In this document: positions 37,525 to 51,075 of the stretch, one piece after another | Numbering within the stretch: position 1 is the stretch's first letter | How the letters are laid out: each line of letters starts with the position of its first letter | DNA from: Phoronis australis | Taxonomy: Eukaryota; Animalia; Phoronida | Assembly (NCBI GenBank): GCA_002633005.1 | Contig: NMRA01000037.1 | Span: forward strand, 1,231,634 to 1,295,633 | Direction: 5' to 3' | DNA: 64,000 nucleotides | Translations under genes and position numbers: made by a program | Notes under the pieces: model-generated | The model's database searches: none | Told to the model about the DNA's origin: nothing | What the model saw: only the letters and a program-made list of their open reading frames with translations

Positions 37525-40445
37525 GCAAGCTCAGAAGCAAGGTCACGTACTAGTGTGCAATATGTTTAACCATCATAATGATTTCTGACGTCAGGCAAAT
37601 GTTACGCTAAAAAAATTTTCACGCACGTGAACGAGAAAGCGTGCACCGTGTACTACACAGTATCTGGCGAAGTCTTGGGCAAACGCTTGATGGCTCCGTT
37701 ACCGATTAAAGGGCTTGGCTGAACGTGATGGGTGAGATAAGTGCGGTCGTAAACCAACAAGCCTGTTAAGCGCGCGAGTTTTAAATTCAAAAACCGAACA
37801 TTAAGTAAGGCAAAAGCTCAAAATGACTGTTTTTAAAATTGAAATTTAGATATTAGTCGTTCTTGAATTTCAAAATCGAGGCATTATACGAGAAGTTAGC
37901 GAATAGATTTTCTATAGCATCGAGCGATAATTTGTGAATAGATTAGCACTGGTTGGTAACGGTCTGGCTTACCTCACTTAGGCGTTGTAACAAAAAACCC
38001 CAAATGTTATCAAACCATTTGTCTCATGAGAATTGGTTAATTACAGAACCTGGTGATAAGTCAACGTTTTTATGCAACCATTAGGTTACCTTTCGCTGTC
38101 CATCGTTTTCATTTCCTAAAACTAATTCACACAAATACCTCATAATTCACTTTGTCAAAGGGACGACAATGAGTTGTCAATATGTTTTGCGTCCTAAATC
38201 CAATCTTCGAGCACGAATTCGAGTTTAAATAAATTTTATGTAAATTTATCAAAGTATGAACTCAAAATATGCATTGGGCATTTTGTTTGAGTTAACACAA
38301 AACAGTCTTTACGCAGACGTAGATCTACAGACCTGCATAAGCTAAATTCCCATTGACACTTCCTATATTCAAGCTACCCAATAGTCATTTCGAAGTATAG
38401 ATTTCAAAATAGACTATACTTGTCACGGTGGCGACATCAGTTGGCAAATTTGAATGATGGATTCATCAGCATGAATCGCGAGCACAAACCCATGGACTCG
38501 TGCAGTGTACACTTAGTTCATAAAAATTGAAACAGAAAATATGAAAAGTAATCTGTAATTTGAGTCTCAAAATAGGATTCCGGCCACTAAAGCTTTTTCT
38601 GAGGTCATGCACATGGGTCCAGTGGTAACCATTTAAAAATACAGATATTGTGACGAGATACATTCTGTTGACAGTTGTTCGTGCAGTGGTTGGGATTCAG
38701 TTAATTGGCAACCTTTAAGATTCGAGCCTCGGTTTCGAGTGACAGGTCTGACCTGGAACTCCTTCGACATTCTGAGAATGAGACTGAGTCAAAGCCCAAA
38801 TGATCTGTCCCTACCAAACAACGATGTTATCCTAAGATATCAGACGAATATTTACCTGCGGTTGACTACATTTCTCCCCGTTTGCGACTTATAAATAGCA
38901 ACACCAGACAGAAGACATCTGAGGAGACTTTCCTCATTTGATATGTGAATTTTATTTTTAGCGCCGGAATTCACTGACAAAAAAAAAACGTTTGCTGTCT
39001 TAGAAATTTGTTTCGATTTGTTGTTTTCTTTACTAAGATTGGGATGACAAGTCGTCGAATCATCGCAACGCCAATTGAATGACTCATCCAGTGTTCATCT
39101 CACACGAACATAGGAGTGCGTACAAGAAAAACATTGTGCTGTCACTGAAACTGTCGGCTGCAAAATAATTCCTACTATAGACTAATCTCAGGTCTCATCA
39201 GCATCTATACTTCTGGTTAGACTACCGTGAAATCTCGTATATAAGGCCGTGACGTAACTGCAAAGCATTCACAGGAATTTCTAATAATGCAACAATGACG
39301 ACTAAAGGGACCTTACTTTCGAATATAAGACCATACTTTTTCTCCCGATATAAGGTCAGTCGATATTCTTCTATTTTTTCTGCCAATTAGTTATAATCAC
39401 ACTAGTAATTAGACTAATACACGGGCTAATTGGCTGAAACCATGCCAGGAAAATATCCCATACATAGCAAAACAAAAGAAAACAATAACATTGCCGAACT
39501 CGGAAGGACCAAGGGAACTGACCCGCCTATGGACACTACCGAAAGACGCCGCTGGCACGCCGTTTTTGGGGGGCGGGGAGGGGTTACGCGGACACTTTTC
39601 CTCCGGAAACTGTGGTGATCTCCCCACCCTTTTATGATAGCCCCGATCCACTAGTAAGCACAACACGTGATGTGATATTTGGCCACAGCCTTATAGCCGA
39701 AAAATGCATTTTTCTGGGAATATTCAAAACCCCAAGGAGCTCGAAAATAATGCCATGTTCGCACATGCATATGAGTCCGTGCAGTGCATGAGGTTTTAAA
39801 GGCGAGAAAAATGATTTTTTTTTCAGCACGAAATCGGACCTGGAACACCCGCGGTCGCAGTGGAATGCTCTGCTTTTCGTAGCTCAACCTCTTTCTATAA
39901 ATGGCATTGTATTTTACGCGTATTTAACTATATTTACATGTAGCAAGCTCACCAGTCTTGTTTTCAGTATACTAGTCTAGCAGACAACGGCGAGAATTGC
40001 TGATTTGCAATAAAGTAACAAAAACACAACGGATTTTTTGTTTTACTTCTTCTATCAAAACTTATAAATTTACGAGGTTTATTCCATCCAACAACAAATT
40101 CAAAAATGCGGCCGTAAAACCCGACGATAACGTCCCTTTATGTTAGAGGTAAATGTACATGCTTCCTTGGCAGATTTTGCGTATCAAAGTACCCTAGCTA
40201 CTCTGCTGCTTCGGTGTCTCGAACTGTACGTGAAATCCCGACTCTTTTGTAAAAGCGCCATGAAACTTTTTTTTTCTTCTAAAGGTTTTTAACTACACAA
40301 TATTCATTCTCTTGTCTAAACCCAGCAAATGTTGTCTACTCAACTGACCCTTTAGTGCGAATGACATCACAGACGATATCTCCATGACAACAATATATTC
40401 CGGGAATTTTATTCCGGTCTTGTTAGTGTTTAGTTGCTGGTCATT

Positions 40446-42179
40446 ATGTATCGTTATGTCTTCCCATTATCCGTTCCCGATGCGCTGAGAAAAAGAAATG
40501 TCTCCACCAAAAACAAACCGGAAGTTAGTCAACCCGAGCTCTCCAACAACGGAAGAGCTGATTCAAGAGTGAGTGATTTCACACGGCTTTCAAAACGGAA
40601 CGACGAAGAGGGTTCGGACTCAAACGATACAGACGATGGCATAGACGTGAAAAAAGTTGGATTTCCTGTCAGCCGTTCGAGGGTGAGTATTTCATCCCCT
40701 GTCTCCATCAGAAACGGCTGATCAGATTTTTAAAGGATTTTCAGAAACTTTTTTATAAACAGTTCTACAATACTCTGTTAGGAAATGTTTTTAAAATATT
40801 TCATTTTTCCACGAGCGGCTATCAAAAATAATACTTTTATGTTTTTTCGGGAAAAAACAAAAGTTACATAAAGCGAAAACGAACAGAAAATTTAGAAAAC
40901 TTAAACATCGCTTTTGAGATTACATCTTGAGCATTTTTTATTAAATTAAATTTGATAACTTTATTATTACAATTGTTTTGTTATAAATAAACACTACAAT
41001 TTTCATAAATTTTACAAAAGCCATGATCATGTGACCCAGTTAATTGGAGATTGGAATTAGAGAAATAAATTTATTGTAGTGACCAGTGTTCATTGAACAC
41101 TCAGCCCACAAAATACATGAACAGCAATGCATATACAATTTTGATATGAAGCTCAAAACTAAGAAATTAAGAGGACAAAAAATTCCGTGGTCTATTAAAA
41201 ACACCTTCTTAAGTGTATATTATATGTGACTAAATACAGCTTTGTAGATAAAGTCCTGTATAAGAGCTCTCTGTTCATACAAGTTGATTTAAAAGAAAAG
41301 GCCGGCCTGCTGACGTAAGTGATATCTGCAGCGAAACACTGGAGAACACCGCTGATTTCCCAATATTGTGATTGTTACATATATTTGTTTCATACATCAG
41401 TGTGTCTCTGGTATGTATCATAGGCCGGTGTCATTTTATGTACAATGAATAAGGGATAAAAAGTCGTAGTTTGGACGCAAACCTGCACTCGGATGTATAT
41501 CACCTGTGAGCTTCATATGCGCCATATTTGTCTCATTAGGCAGGAATTGTAGTGTGAACGCTAAGCTGAACGTTGGCAAGTTGCTCTAGATCAAGTTGAT
41601 CTAGGGTAACTCATGATGTGGACACAGCTTAAGACCAGAGGTTTTAATCCATGGATATTTCCCCTTGTGAACCCAGGGCTACTCCGAGATTTTCGTTGAG
41701 ATTCGCCTCATTGAGAACTGATGCATTTTACAGGAAGCCGTGTGCTCGGAAGTCCAGTCATATTTTGCGCCCGACCCTGGCCTCTATTACTCGTTCCATC
41801 ACCGCTACAAAATACCTACAGACTCTTACATACGCCATTATATAGGAACTGGCACCCTGAGGAGGACTTGTGTCCATAGGTCCCTCCCTAATTTAAACAA
41901 AGGAAACGGTAACGGCGACGCTGCTTACAAATCGCCAAACAAATCGTCAGAGATGTCATTGGTGCGTACTGAAATCATTTATGTGTTTGCAGTTATCGAA
42001 ATAATATGTAGAATACTATAGAACGTAACTCAGGAAAAGCACAAAAAAACGAAAGAACGAGGAAAATACATCCGCTGCCACGGGCGGAGATAGCTTGTGC
42101 AGACATTTTCCCTTCGAAAATGATGGTTGCACCCCATCGACATCCTAGTTCCACCCGTGGCAGCGTATACATTTTCTGA
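40446..42179 (+). CDS. Candidate small uncharacterised 3-exon gene (~210 aa)
   Basis: Putative exons 40446-40682 (donor AGG|gtgagt), 41734-41961 (ttttacag| ... TTG|gtgcgt) and 42012-42179 (atgtag|, TGA), all phase 0 and stop-free; AATAAA near 42438. No recognisable domain, and the second intron is only 50 nt. Confidence 0.4.
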
Positions 42180-43589
42180 AAGTCGAAAGACTGTAGAATG
42201 GCTAAAAACGCAAACATCAATAGAACTGATCTACACCAAGGTGGAAGCCGCATCGTTGGTGTTACTACACTTCTTGCAGCATGTGCCTGATTATAACTTA
42301 CTTTCACTTCACTCTCCTTTTTATTGTCATGAATTATTCGTATACGCTCTGTCTCTATACTCACCTGGCGAAAAGCTCCTCAAACTTGCTTGGAAGCTAA
42401 TGTGTTTTTTATTTTATTCGTAGTTAGTATGCTAGAGAATAAAGTTACATTTTGAAAAATACTACAATCATTTAAAATATGCTGCATGAATATCCAATAG
42501 ACTCAAAAAACACCATGAGTTTGATTGAATTCTCGCTCAATCAACTTACTTTTAGACAATCTAAAAATTTGTCAGTTTCGGAACATAACCACGATTAAGC
42601 GCAGCTGTACATGCCACAAATACCGTGTTTTCCTGAATTTTGTGTCGTTCTTCATCTTCACGCATCCACGTTGGAAAATGTTTCTCAGTGTGCGCATAAA
42701 GCCTGGTACATTTCTTAGACTGTTTTGACGAAACGTGCAAAAAGTATGCTTAAGAGATGTGCTGGTGCATATCGTTGACATTTTGTGATTTATCTGTATT
42801 GTCCTCAAACTGAGTTGCTCATGGTTTCAGACATTCATGAAGGTAAATGCGCTTCGCCTATGCACAACTTCACTGAATGCGTCTCTCTGGCTGAACTTCG
42901 ACCAAATTCCTAATTAGAAAGTGGTGTGGCGCTTATCGACATCATTTTGCGAGTCGACCGTGTTTTTCATGAAATTTGGAGAATTGCATTTTTTGAATAG
43001 ATATGAAAAAATGCTCTTCTGTTTTCAAATCCCCCTACGTAGTCTAGGGATTTCGACCAAACTTTCAAGTTGACCTACGAGGTGTCGCACTGTGGCCGTC
43101 ATCGTGGTTTCTCGGATCTTCACTTATCATGTTGCAAAGTGTCCCGCCTACACTTTCTCACGGGAGTTTGAACTTTGAAAACTTGTCCTTGAATCCAGCT
43201 ATTCCTGATCTCAAGCAGAATAAAATTACTGATACCGAGCCAAAAAAACTGCCTTGCAACCCTGAATGGAGACATGTCGGCCTACACGCGGACAGGCTAA
43301 ATGTTCAAATACACTGCACAACTGTATGCACGTTACAGAGCGAATTATTCCCGTTAGGTGTGTTTTATACTCACTAAATTCTTTATTCTTCAGAGTTCGA
43401 CAAGAAAATGGCTGAAAGACTTCGTACGAAAAAAGCAAATGACGCATTCGAGTAACGACGAAAAGGGAGTGGTCTGAACTCTCCAAAACGCGAAAGTGTG
43501 GGAACAGGGAAAACGAATTAAAAAATTTTGACACGCTTACTTTTTGAAAATCTACAATACAATTTTAAGATTACTGTTTGAGATTTCAC

Positions 43590-44520
43590 TGCCATCATGC
43601 ACCACACCACGACCACCGTGAATACCATCATATGCCTACATCACAACACCACCAGACAACCAGTACATCACGAACAGTACACACCAACATCATCACACCA
43701 TAATAACTGCACCTCCACTGGTACATCACCATCATGACATTACCATCACCCATGACCATACAACTAGAGACACCGCCACCATACAGTTCCACAGCACCAC
43801 AACTGGCACTAGCGGACACCGCCAGACAACCACCAGACCGCTACCCCGATCACCAGTACCACAGTATCACCACCACTACACCACCATCATCACACCACCA
43901 TTTCCCCCACCATGTGCAAAATCATCATCACCACCACCATCACATCTCACTGCCGTCACCACTACAACACCATCACGACCAGTGTACCACTCCGGCGGCT
44001 AAGCACCACCACGCATACCACCACCAGCACCATCACTACTGTCACCACCATCACACCCACCACCACTACACCAGTAGCAGCAGACTACCACCAGTACCAC
44101 TGCCATCAAAGCCACCACCGACCACCACACGCACCACTCTAATACCACATCCCCACCGCCACATCACCACTACCGGTACTCCAAATCAACACCATTAACA
44201 CCCCCACTACCGTCGCCACCATACTATTCCCAACAAAATTCCACCACGCCAACCACCCACGCCCGACACTATAGCAGTAGCAGCAGCAGCAGCCGCCAGC
44301 AGCACCCCCGACCTATCACCACCCTCACCCGCGCACCACGAGAATACAACCACCCCGCCCTGCACCCCGAGGCAAACACTACATCACAACCACCACTTAT
44401 GAAATCACGACCACCCCACCACAGCACCAGTACTTCTACCGTCCACCAGCTCCCACAAACGCCACCACCAACACAGATCACCTAGCACATCATCCGCACC
44501 ATCCAGTACCACTACGTGCT
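43590..44520 (+). repeat. Degenerate (CAC/CCA)n low-complexity tract
   Basis: ~900 bp of caccaccatcacc...; produces His/Thr/Pro-rich pseudo-ORFs. Confidence 0.85.
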
Positions 44521-45650
44521 TCGCTGAACAAAACGCATCGGTGAATTAGTGATAGTAAATTCTCGCAAGTTACACATGTACGCGCATGTGATGCATTTTT
44601 ACGCGTGCAATGTGCTCCGTTCTGTAAGTCGTGCAAGACTGAGTCGTGTTTGTACATATTTTGCATTTGATGAGAAAATTCAGTCCTGTAGCTTCCAATA
44701 CAATCACTGCAGCGCGGGGTACCTGAGGTGTTGAGCAATAAAGTGTACCATTTTCATTCAATATTCGTCAAGTTTCATCTGTAACGTGCTGTCAGTTGCA
44801 TTCAACAACGTTGTAAAACGACCCTACTTGCTCTACAGTAGCGTGATTTCTTTAAATCACGGATCCCTTAATCAAACAATGGATCGGGCCACTCTGTAGA
44901 ATACGACATAAACATTTTCAATGCACTATATTCTGTTGCATAACAAGGTTCAGCATATTATTTGATTTTCTTTACGAGTAAGCTGGTATTCAGGGCTCAT
45001 CTATTCATGGGTCAGTCTTCAGGACATTTTCTTAGCCAGACCTACAAATCCTTTGTTAAGGTGTGCTTAGTTACACTCCAACTAGGGCAGTTGTATACCG
45101 AGAGCATGGGTTCACAAAGAACTGTGCGTCAATTACAAAAAGTCTATTGCGTGTGAGCATCACCCATGGTTTACCATCTGCAAAATTCTAAGTCAATACG
45201 TGAGCAAGTTAACCCCGTCAAGCTCAATGATTGGCTACAGATCTATTTAATTTCAATATTGGGGATCCTAACTGAAAATATGTGATGTACAGAGACTTGA
45301 CTGAGGAAATTGAGTTAGTTGCAACCTTCCATCAGGAAAGCCGTGTAGAAAACTGTGGATTTCTGATTGAGTGACAATAGCATTTTCATCCACAGTCAAA
45401 AGCGATCAATATGCCATACTACCAACTTAAACTCAACTTATGAGGCGATTTTACGGTGTAAGGAGTGTACTAATAATTGGTCGAGATCAGCTGGGTGGTC
45501 CGCTGAAGCTAGCCATTTTTGTGTCTAGATAGTTTTGATGATAAACGCCAGCGCTCCTGGTGGCCGTTAGCCATTGAGCATAGTACATTTGTAGGATGTC
45601 AAGGGCCCAAGGCAAACTATTTTCGATATATCTCATAGTTTTGATAGTAT

Positions 45651-45850
45651 CAGGGCTTGGAATGGCCAATGACAAAAATGAGGAAATTTTTGTAGGTGAC
45701 GAATCGTTCCACAAATAAATAGGTTTGAATGATAGAAATATTTTTTTTGATGTAAAATTCAAGTGAAATAAACGTTTTACATGAATATATTTAAAATAAT
45801 GATAAAGGACACTGAGAAAAATGGAAACTGGAAATCAAATAAGAAGAAAT
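45651..45850 (+). mobile_element. hAT-like MITE family C copy (terminus cagggcttggaat)
   Basis: Reverse-oriented homologues at 56064-56303 and 61258-61497 (tcattggccattccaa, gaaaaatttcctc, ttcatgcaaaaa). Confidence 0.65.
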
Positions 45851-46873
45851 TGATTCGTTTCGTATTCAGCAATCCCCTTTTTAAAAAGCCTGACAGCTGG
45901 TGACTTTGTTTCACCTTTTCGAGCACAGATGACTATCCAGATTATGGCGGGCTCCACCCAGATTTCGTTGAAATGCAGCGCTCCGTTAATGCCAATGAAA
46001 TTGGCGACGACAGACAACAAGTGGAAAAATACGAAAGCTGGAGGGCAGACGATAGCGTTGGAATACGCTTCCACATTAACTAGAGCGTCGCACGAGAGTG
46101 CATGCTACATAAGTTTGGAAGAATTGACTGAGCTTGTTCAGCTTTTTAATGGTGTTGAACGGTAATGTAGACATGGTATATTCTTCGGAAGATCTCAAGG
46201 TGTGAGTGTGGTTTGTTTGTCGGTACATAAATCACGGGACATGACGCAAATACACTTACGAGGCCACAAACTAAAATCCTATTGGTCGTAGCAGGCCTAG
46301 CCTACCGGGCGGAGCCGGAGTCAATATAGGGAACATGTTCTATTAAATGAAATTGATTTGTCAGACACCCGGCGTCGTGACCAGCAGATCAAATCTTTCC
46401 CCTGGATGAAAGTCTTTGAATAAATTTCATTACTTTTTTCGACAACTGTTAATACCCCTTAAAAGAGGGGTCAAGAACGACTTGCCCTTTAATTATTGCC
46501 GTCTCCGCTTTACCGGCAGCTGTAGATGACAAGCATTGTGCGTTCGACGGTTCGTCAAGTAGGGATTATTGCGGATTGATTGAAATTACACGGTTCAGCG
46601 AATAGTGAGCTAGTCGTTTGCTTTCTACCCCAGCGTGTGACGGAGACGTGTTACTGATAGATTAACAGATTAACAAGACGCCCGCCTGTAATATAAGTAA
46701 AATAAAGTTTGAGTGCGCAGGTCAATTTGACAAAAGTTAGTTGGCCGTTGAAAAGTACACACTACCTGGAAATGAGTAGGCCTACTAAAGATTTCAGCGT
46801 GGACGTGTGAGTGGGCTTGCATTTGCTGTGAAACAGTTTCCGTTGAGAACACCAAACCGAAGTTAATATCTCA

Positions 46874-47530
46874 ATGGGTGTCAAGATTAGTGACAAGTGC
46901 TCGAGCAAGATCACCGTGGGTTTTAAAGCTATAGAGTTTTTTAACACAACGGACAATTGCAAAGCGCTGAACGTTTCACTTGAAAATTGTCACCGGGAGG
47001 TTTACGATAACGTAAGAGAGACGTTTTTTGGGGACAGTCGCAAAATTAGTTTAAAATCTCTGATGTTACTGCCACCTGTAAGTGATTGTGTAAAATGTTG
47101 CGGGTGCCTTAGCGTAACGAACTTATGACATCCACTTGCTTACACTGCGACACTTACTGGTATAGAAGTTATACCACTGATAACAACGAATGTTTCTTTT
47201 ACAACGAGAAACGAATGTTTCTAGGTACAACTGTATATAACGAGAATAACAGTTAAAAAGTTTAATTTTTGAAAAAAATCTAGCTTGGAATTGAGGAATG
47301 GAAATTATGCGCTCAAAGGCTGAGGGACGCTTGGTTCGGCGTAAATCAGTTGGTTGAATTTTACAAAGAGGACGACAATTTGGAAGCAAAGTATGACAAA
47401 AAGTCGCATAGAAAAGATATTGAGGTACTGTGCCAGGATGCTAATGGCCATAATATTTAAACAAGACGTACAACCCGTGGATTTTTCACGAATGCAACAC
47501 AAAAAGGTGTAAGGAAGGGTTTGTGATGCC
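46874..47530 (+). mobile_element. Decayed CxC5/CxC6-type (KDZ-associated) transposon protein fragment
   Basis: Broken frames give LLPPVSDCVKC, HCDTYW, WKLCAQRLRDAWF and NPWIFHECNTKRCKEGFVM, resembling the Cys-cluster domains found with KDZ transposases; multiple stops and frameshifts. Confidence 0.45.
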
Positions 47531-50105
47531 TCTACAACCCAAAACTGGAACAGTTCAAAGAAATAGCCGAGGTGAGTTATTTTGAACTGTTATTTTTATG
47601 TCAGGAATATTTCTCGAAAAGAACAGCATTTGCATGTGTAAGTTGGCTTTTAGGAGTTTGTATTAAAATCTCGTGTTTAAAAAGTCTGTCCACCCGCAAA
47701 TTTAAAAAAACATTGTTACATTAACACGGAATATGCTAAACAAGCGTTCAAGTGGTTGCACCAATAAGAGCACTCTATGCAACTGATAAGCAAGTCTAAG
47801 TATCATTTTCCTGTACTTCATAATTAAGAAACGGAACACTTACTTAATTGGTGCAATGATTGAGAGATGAAACTGCAGGCCTAAAGTATCAAAAACATGG
47901 CACGGATGAACGTTAAGCAAGATTTATTGTGTTTTGTATTTGCTGTCATTAGTACTATCGGGAAGTCGTTACCATGGTAATGACTTCCTGGTACTGGTAA
48001 AGTATTATACATAGTTTTGTTTATTACATGGTTGAGGGAAAGTCGGCGATGAGATTTTTCAGAAATTGTCGAGCTTACATGCTCAGCAAGTGATGACATT
48101 GTATGGACGGTATAAAGGTCTCAGTGGTATTGTGCACTTAGGCTCATGGGTAATTGTGCCTCTAATTATACGCTTAACTCATTGTAATACGGAGTGTAGG
48201 CGGGACTAAAGTGGTGGTCTTGCACTTAGCGATTGGTGTTTATAGTGGTGCTAGTGGGGAATTGTCAGTTGTTGACAATGTCGTTTTCTAATTATCATCA
48301 TAGGAATGGTGTTAAGTTCAATTCATGTTTAAAAAGAGATGGTGTACGTTGTGCAATTAACATATAATATGCATTTTGCGATTGGTGTTCTCTTTGAAGT
48401 TACACGAGCATAGATGTGGTTAAACTGTGTAATGTCTATTTGCGATTTTGAAATAAAATGATAAAATGAGACATGGGAATTGCTCAATTTCGAAGATTTT
48501 GATTGAAACTAAGATCATTGTTTTGGCTGTGAAAGTGATCAGCTCTTTCTCGAAGTTTATGTGGCCCTTAAAAGGGCCGTTGAGAATATCAGTGAAACTA
48601 ATAATGTTTCACACTGCCATCAGGCCATTGGTACTGGTGCATGGCCGCATTCTGCTACTTTATCCTCCTTGAAAATATTTTACCTTTCAGTGGTCTGCGT
48701 GTCGCTTCGATGTTCCATACATTGCCAAAGGCAGACGTAAACAAATGCAGCCAGAATGACGCAGTGAAAATTCTAGGGATGTCTCTCTCACAGCAGTTTT
48801 CGAATTCATTTCGAATATTCTGTGGACGGGATAATTAAACCTTGACTGGGACACAATGGTTCATATACTGATTTGCCTTGGACATCATTGTCAAGAATAA
48901 TGAACATAGGCGGAGTTTGTTGGAGGATTATTGGGGCAGCGATTTAGGATATTACCAATCACATCAGTTGCCTGAGGCCCTCCTCCGCCGGCACTGAGGC
49001 GCCTCGAGACACGGCACAGCCTTGCTGCTACTGTATCCATAGATGCGGCTATAACACACACGCAGAGCTGTCAGTTGTTATTCTAAATCGCCTGTAGTTG
49101 GGATAGGACACGTGTGAAACCGTTTTCGCTGTCCGTGTTTTGTTAAAATCATTTCAAAGTTTAGTTACCGGTACTTGTTTTACAAACGTGTTAAAGATTC
49201 TTAATTACAGATCATGCAAGTTTTAAACTGCATTTTAAAGTTGAACAACAGTTGCATAAGTAGAAATGTTCATTGATTTTGAAGGAAAAAGATATCATTT
49301 ATACAGACCAATTGTTCGTAATTTCTCACATATCGTGAAGAAATGCTAAAGAAAAGCGAGTTGCTATATTTCCACCAGGAGCGCTGGCGTATACTATCAA
49401 AACCATCAGATATATATGGCTATTGAATTTACGGTTTACATAACAAATCAAGGGAACTGTAATTATTGTCATCGCAGTGGCAAAGTCTATGACCAATTTA
49501 TGGTGAAAGAATATTTTAATAAATGCGCATGTTGTTTTAACCTTAAAAGGTCAATAAAAATTCATCACGAACACATCGTCAGGTACTTTTGACCACTGAA
49601 ACGTGTAGTCGCATTGGTGTTTCTTTTACCCAAACAGAGCACCAATTAAAAGCAAATTAGTACAATACAGTCCTGGAAAATAGCACTGCAAGTTAGTTAT
49701 ATTGACGTTCACTGAGCAGACTGTTAATCTCGGACGAACCATCTAGCTAATTCCCCCACCTCATGGCAGTACGGCGCCTTAAGCCTTTGATAGGGCTTCA
49801 TACCGAATTAGACAATTTGACTTTAATAATCGTTATACAATGGTCTTACAGTTTCTTTTCATGAAATTCCGCGGCACGATGAGAAGTGTCATCAAGTGAA
49901 TCAAAGACGTTCCGGTGTAATGCATTATGGGCGCTCATTTAATAGACAAACTGGGAACCTGCGATCATGAACTCATAACAATATACTCGATAGCATAACA
50001 ACACGTACACAAACTATGTCGTATTCTAAAATATCACTGTTGCAAAAAGTGAGTTGTAACCTACGGTAATGGTGTGCATGTTTGTCTTACTTGCAATATC
50101 TTATA

Positions 50106-50362
50106 CATGCGCGCACCCAAGGAGGGGAGGGGGGAGCTCGTTTGACAAAATGGGCAAAAAGGTCCGCCTCAGAGAGACAAAAAGTCCGAGAAAACAAGAC
50201 AAAAATCCACTAAAAGGCATAAACGCACAATTCACAGCTCCAAACGTGGTACCCCGTTTTTTATTTTTATTTATTTTTTTGGTTCTCCCGCTTTTTCGTT
50301 AGTAAATGGTCCACATCGTCGTCAATTCGAGCTCCTCGTATTGCAGGCTGGGTGCGCGCATA
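50106..50362 (+). mobile_element. MITE family A copy
   Basis: Near-perfect TIRs catgcgcgcaccca / tgggtgcgcgcat around the same core. Confidence 0.78.
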
Positions 50363-50782
50363 TGTTATCACCAAGGTCTCAAGTTGAGAATATATAGTAG
50401 AAATAAGCTACATAGACCTACCGACAAACGAATTGCTTTGTTTAGGGGTCAGGCTGGCGTATACTATCAAAACTATCGGGTATATCGACGATAGTTTTTT
50501 AATTGACGGATGGCTGGGTTCGGGGCAATGCCCCACGAGGAGCACTGGCGTGATATCACATGAACTGGATTTACCCCATTAATCAAAACTATTAGATGTA
50601 TCTACGATAATTTAATGTTGATGTTCTTACATTTTGAATCAAAATGTGGAAGAGTTATTTTATTCTTAAAACCTATTCATTGAAACACTGTACGATTCAA
50701 ATAGTTGTAATTTAAACCGACGTATTACTTCTCATTTTTGTCTCACACGCAAGTGCATACTTCGTCTTTTCCCCGACTTAAT

Positions 50783-50935
50783 CATGGGCGGCGCAGCACT
50801 GCACAAAGTTGGGGGGCTAAAGCTCCCTCAGCCCCCCCTGTGGTACACCGCCTATAGACCATGTGCGGCCTAGGCAATGAAAAAAGTGGGGGGCTATAGC
50901 CCCCCCCCCCCCAACCCCTATGGTGCGCCGTCCAC
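50783..50935. mobile_element. Two tandem family-B MITE copies
   Basis: catgggcggcgcagcactg...caccgcctat followed by catgtgcggcc...ggggctatagcccc...ggtgcgccgtccacg. Confidence 0.6.
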
Positions 50936-51075
50936 GACACTGTACTGCACCGCCTAGCGTGAAACAATGTCCCAACCGACTAGTTGGCCTATTCCCTCAG
51001 CAAAGTGACGTTCATCTGTTTTACTCGCGTAGTGCGTCTTACGTCGTTTAACGTTGTTAAGCTCCGGTGTCTTCA

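Noticed and set aside
43734-44198. His/Pro-rich 154-aa ORF
   Set aside because: Artefact of the (CAC)n low-complexity tract.
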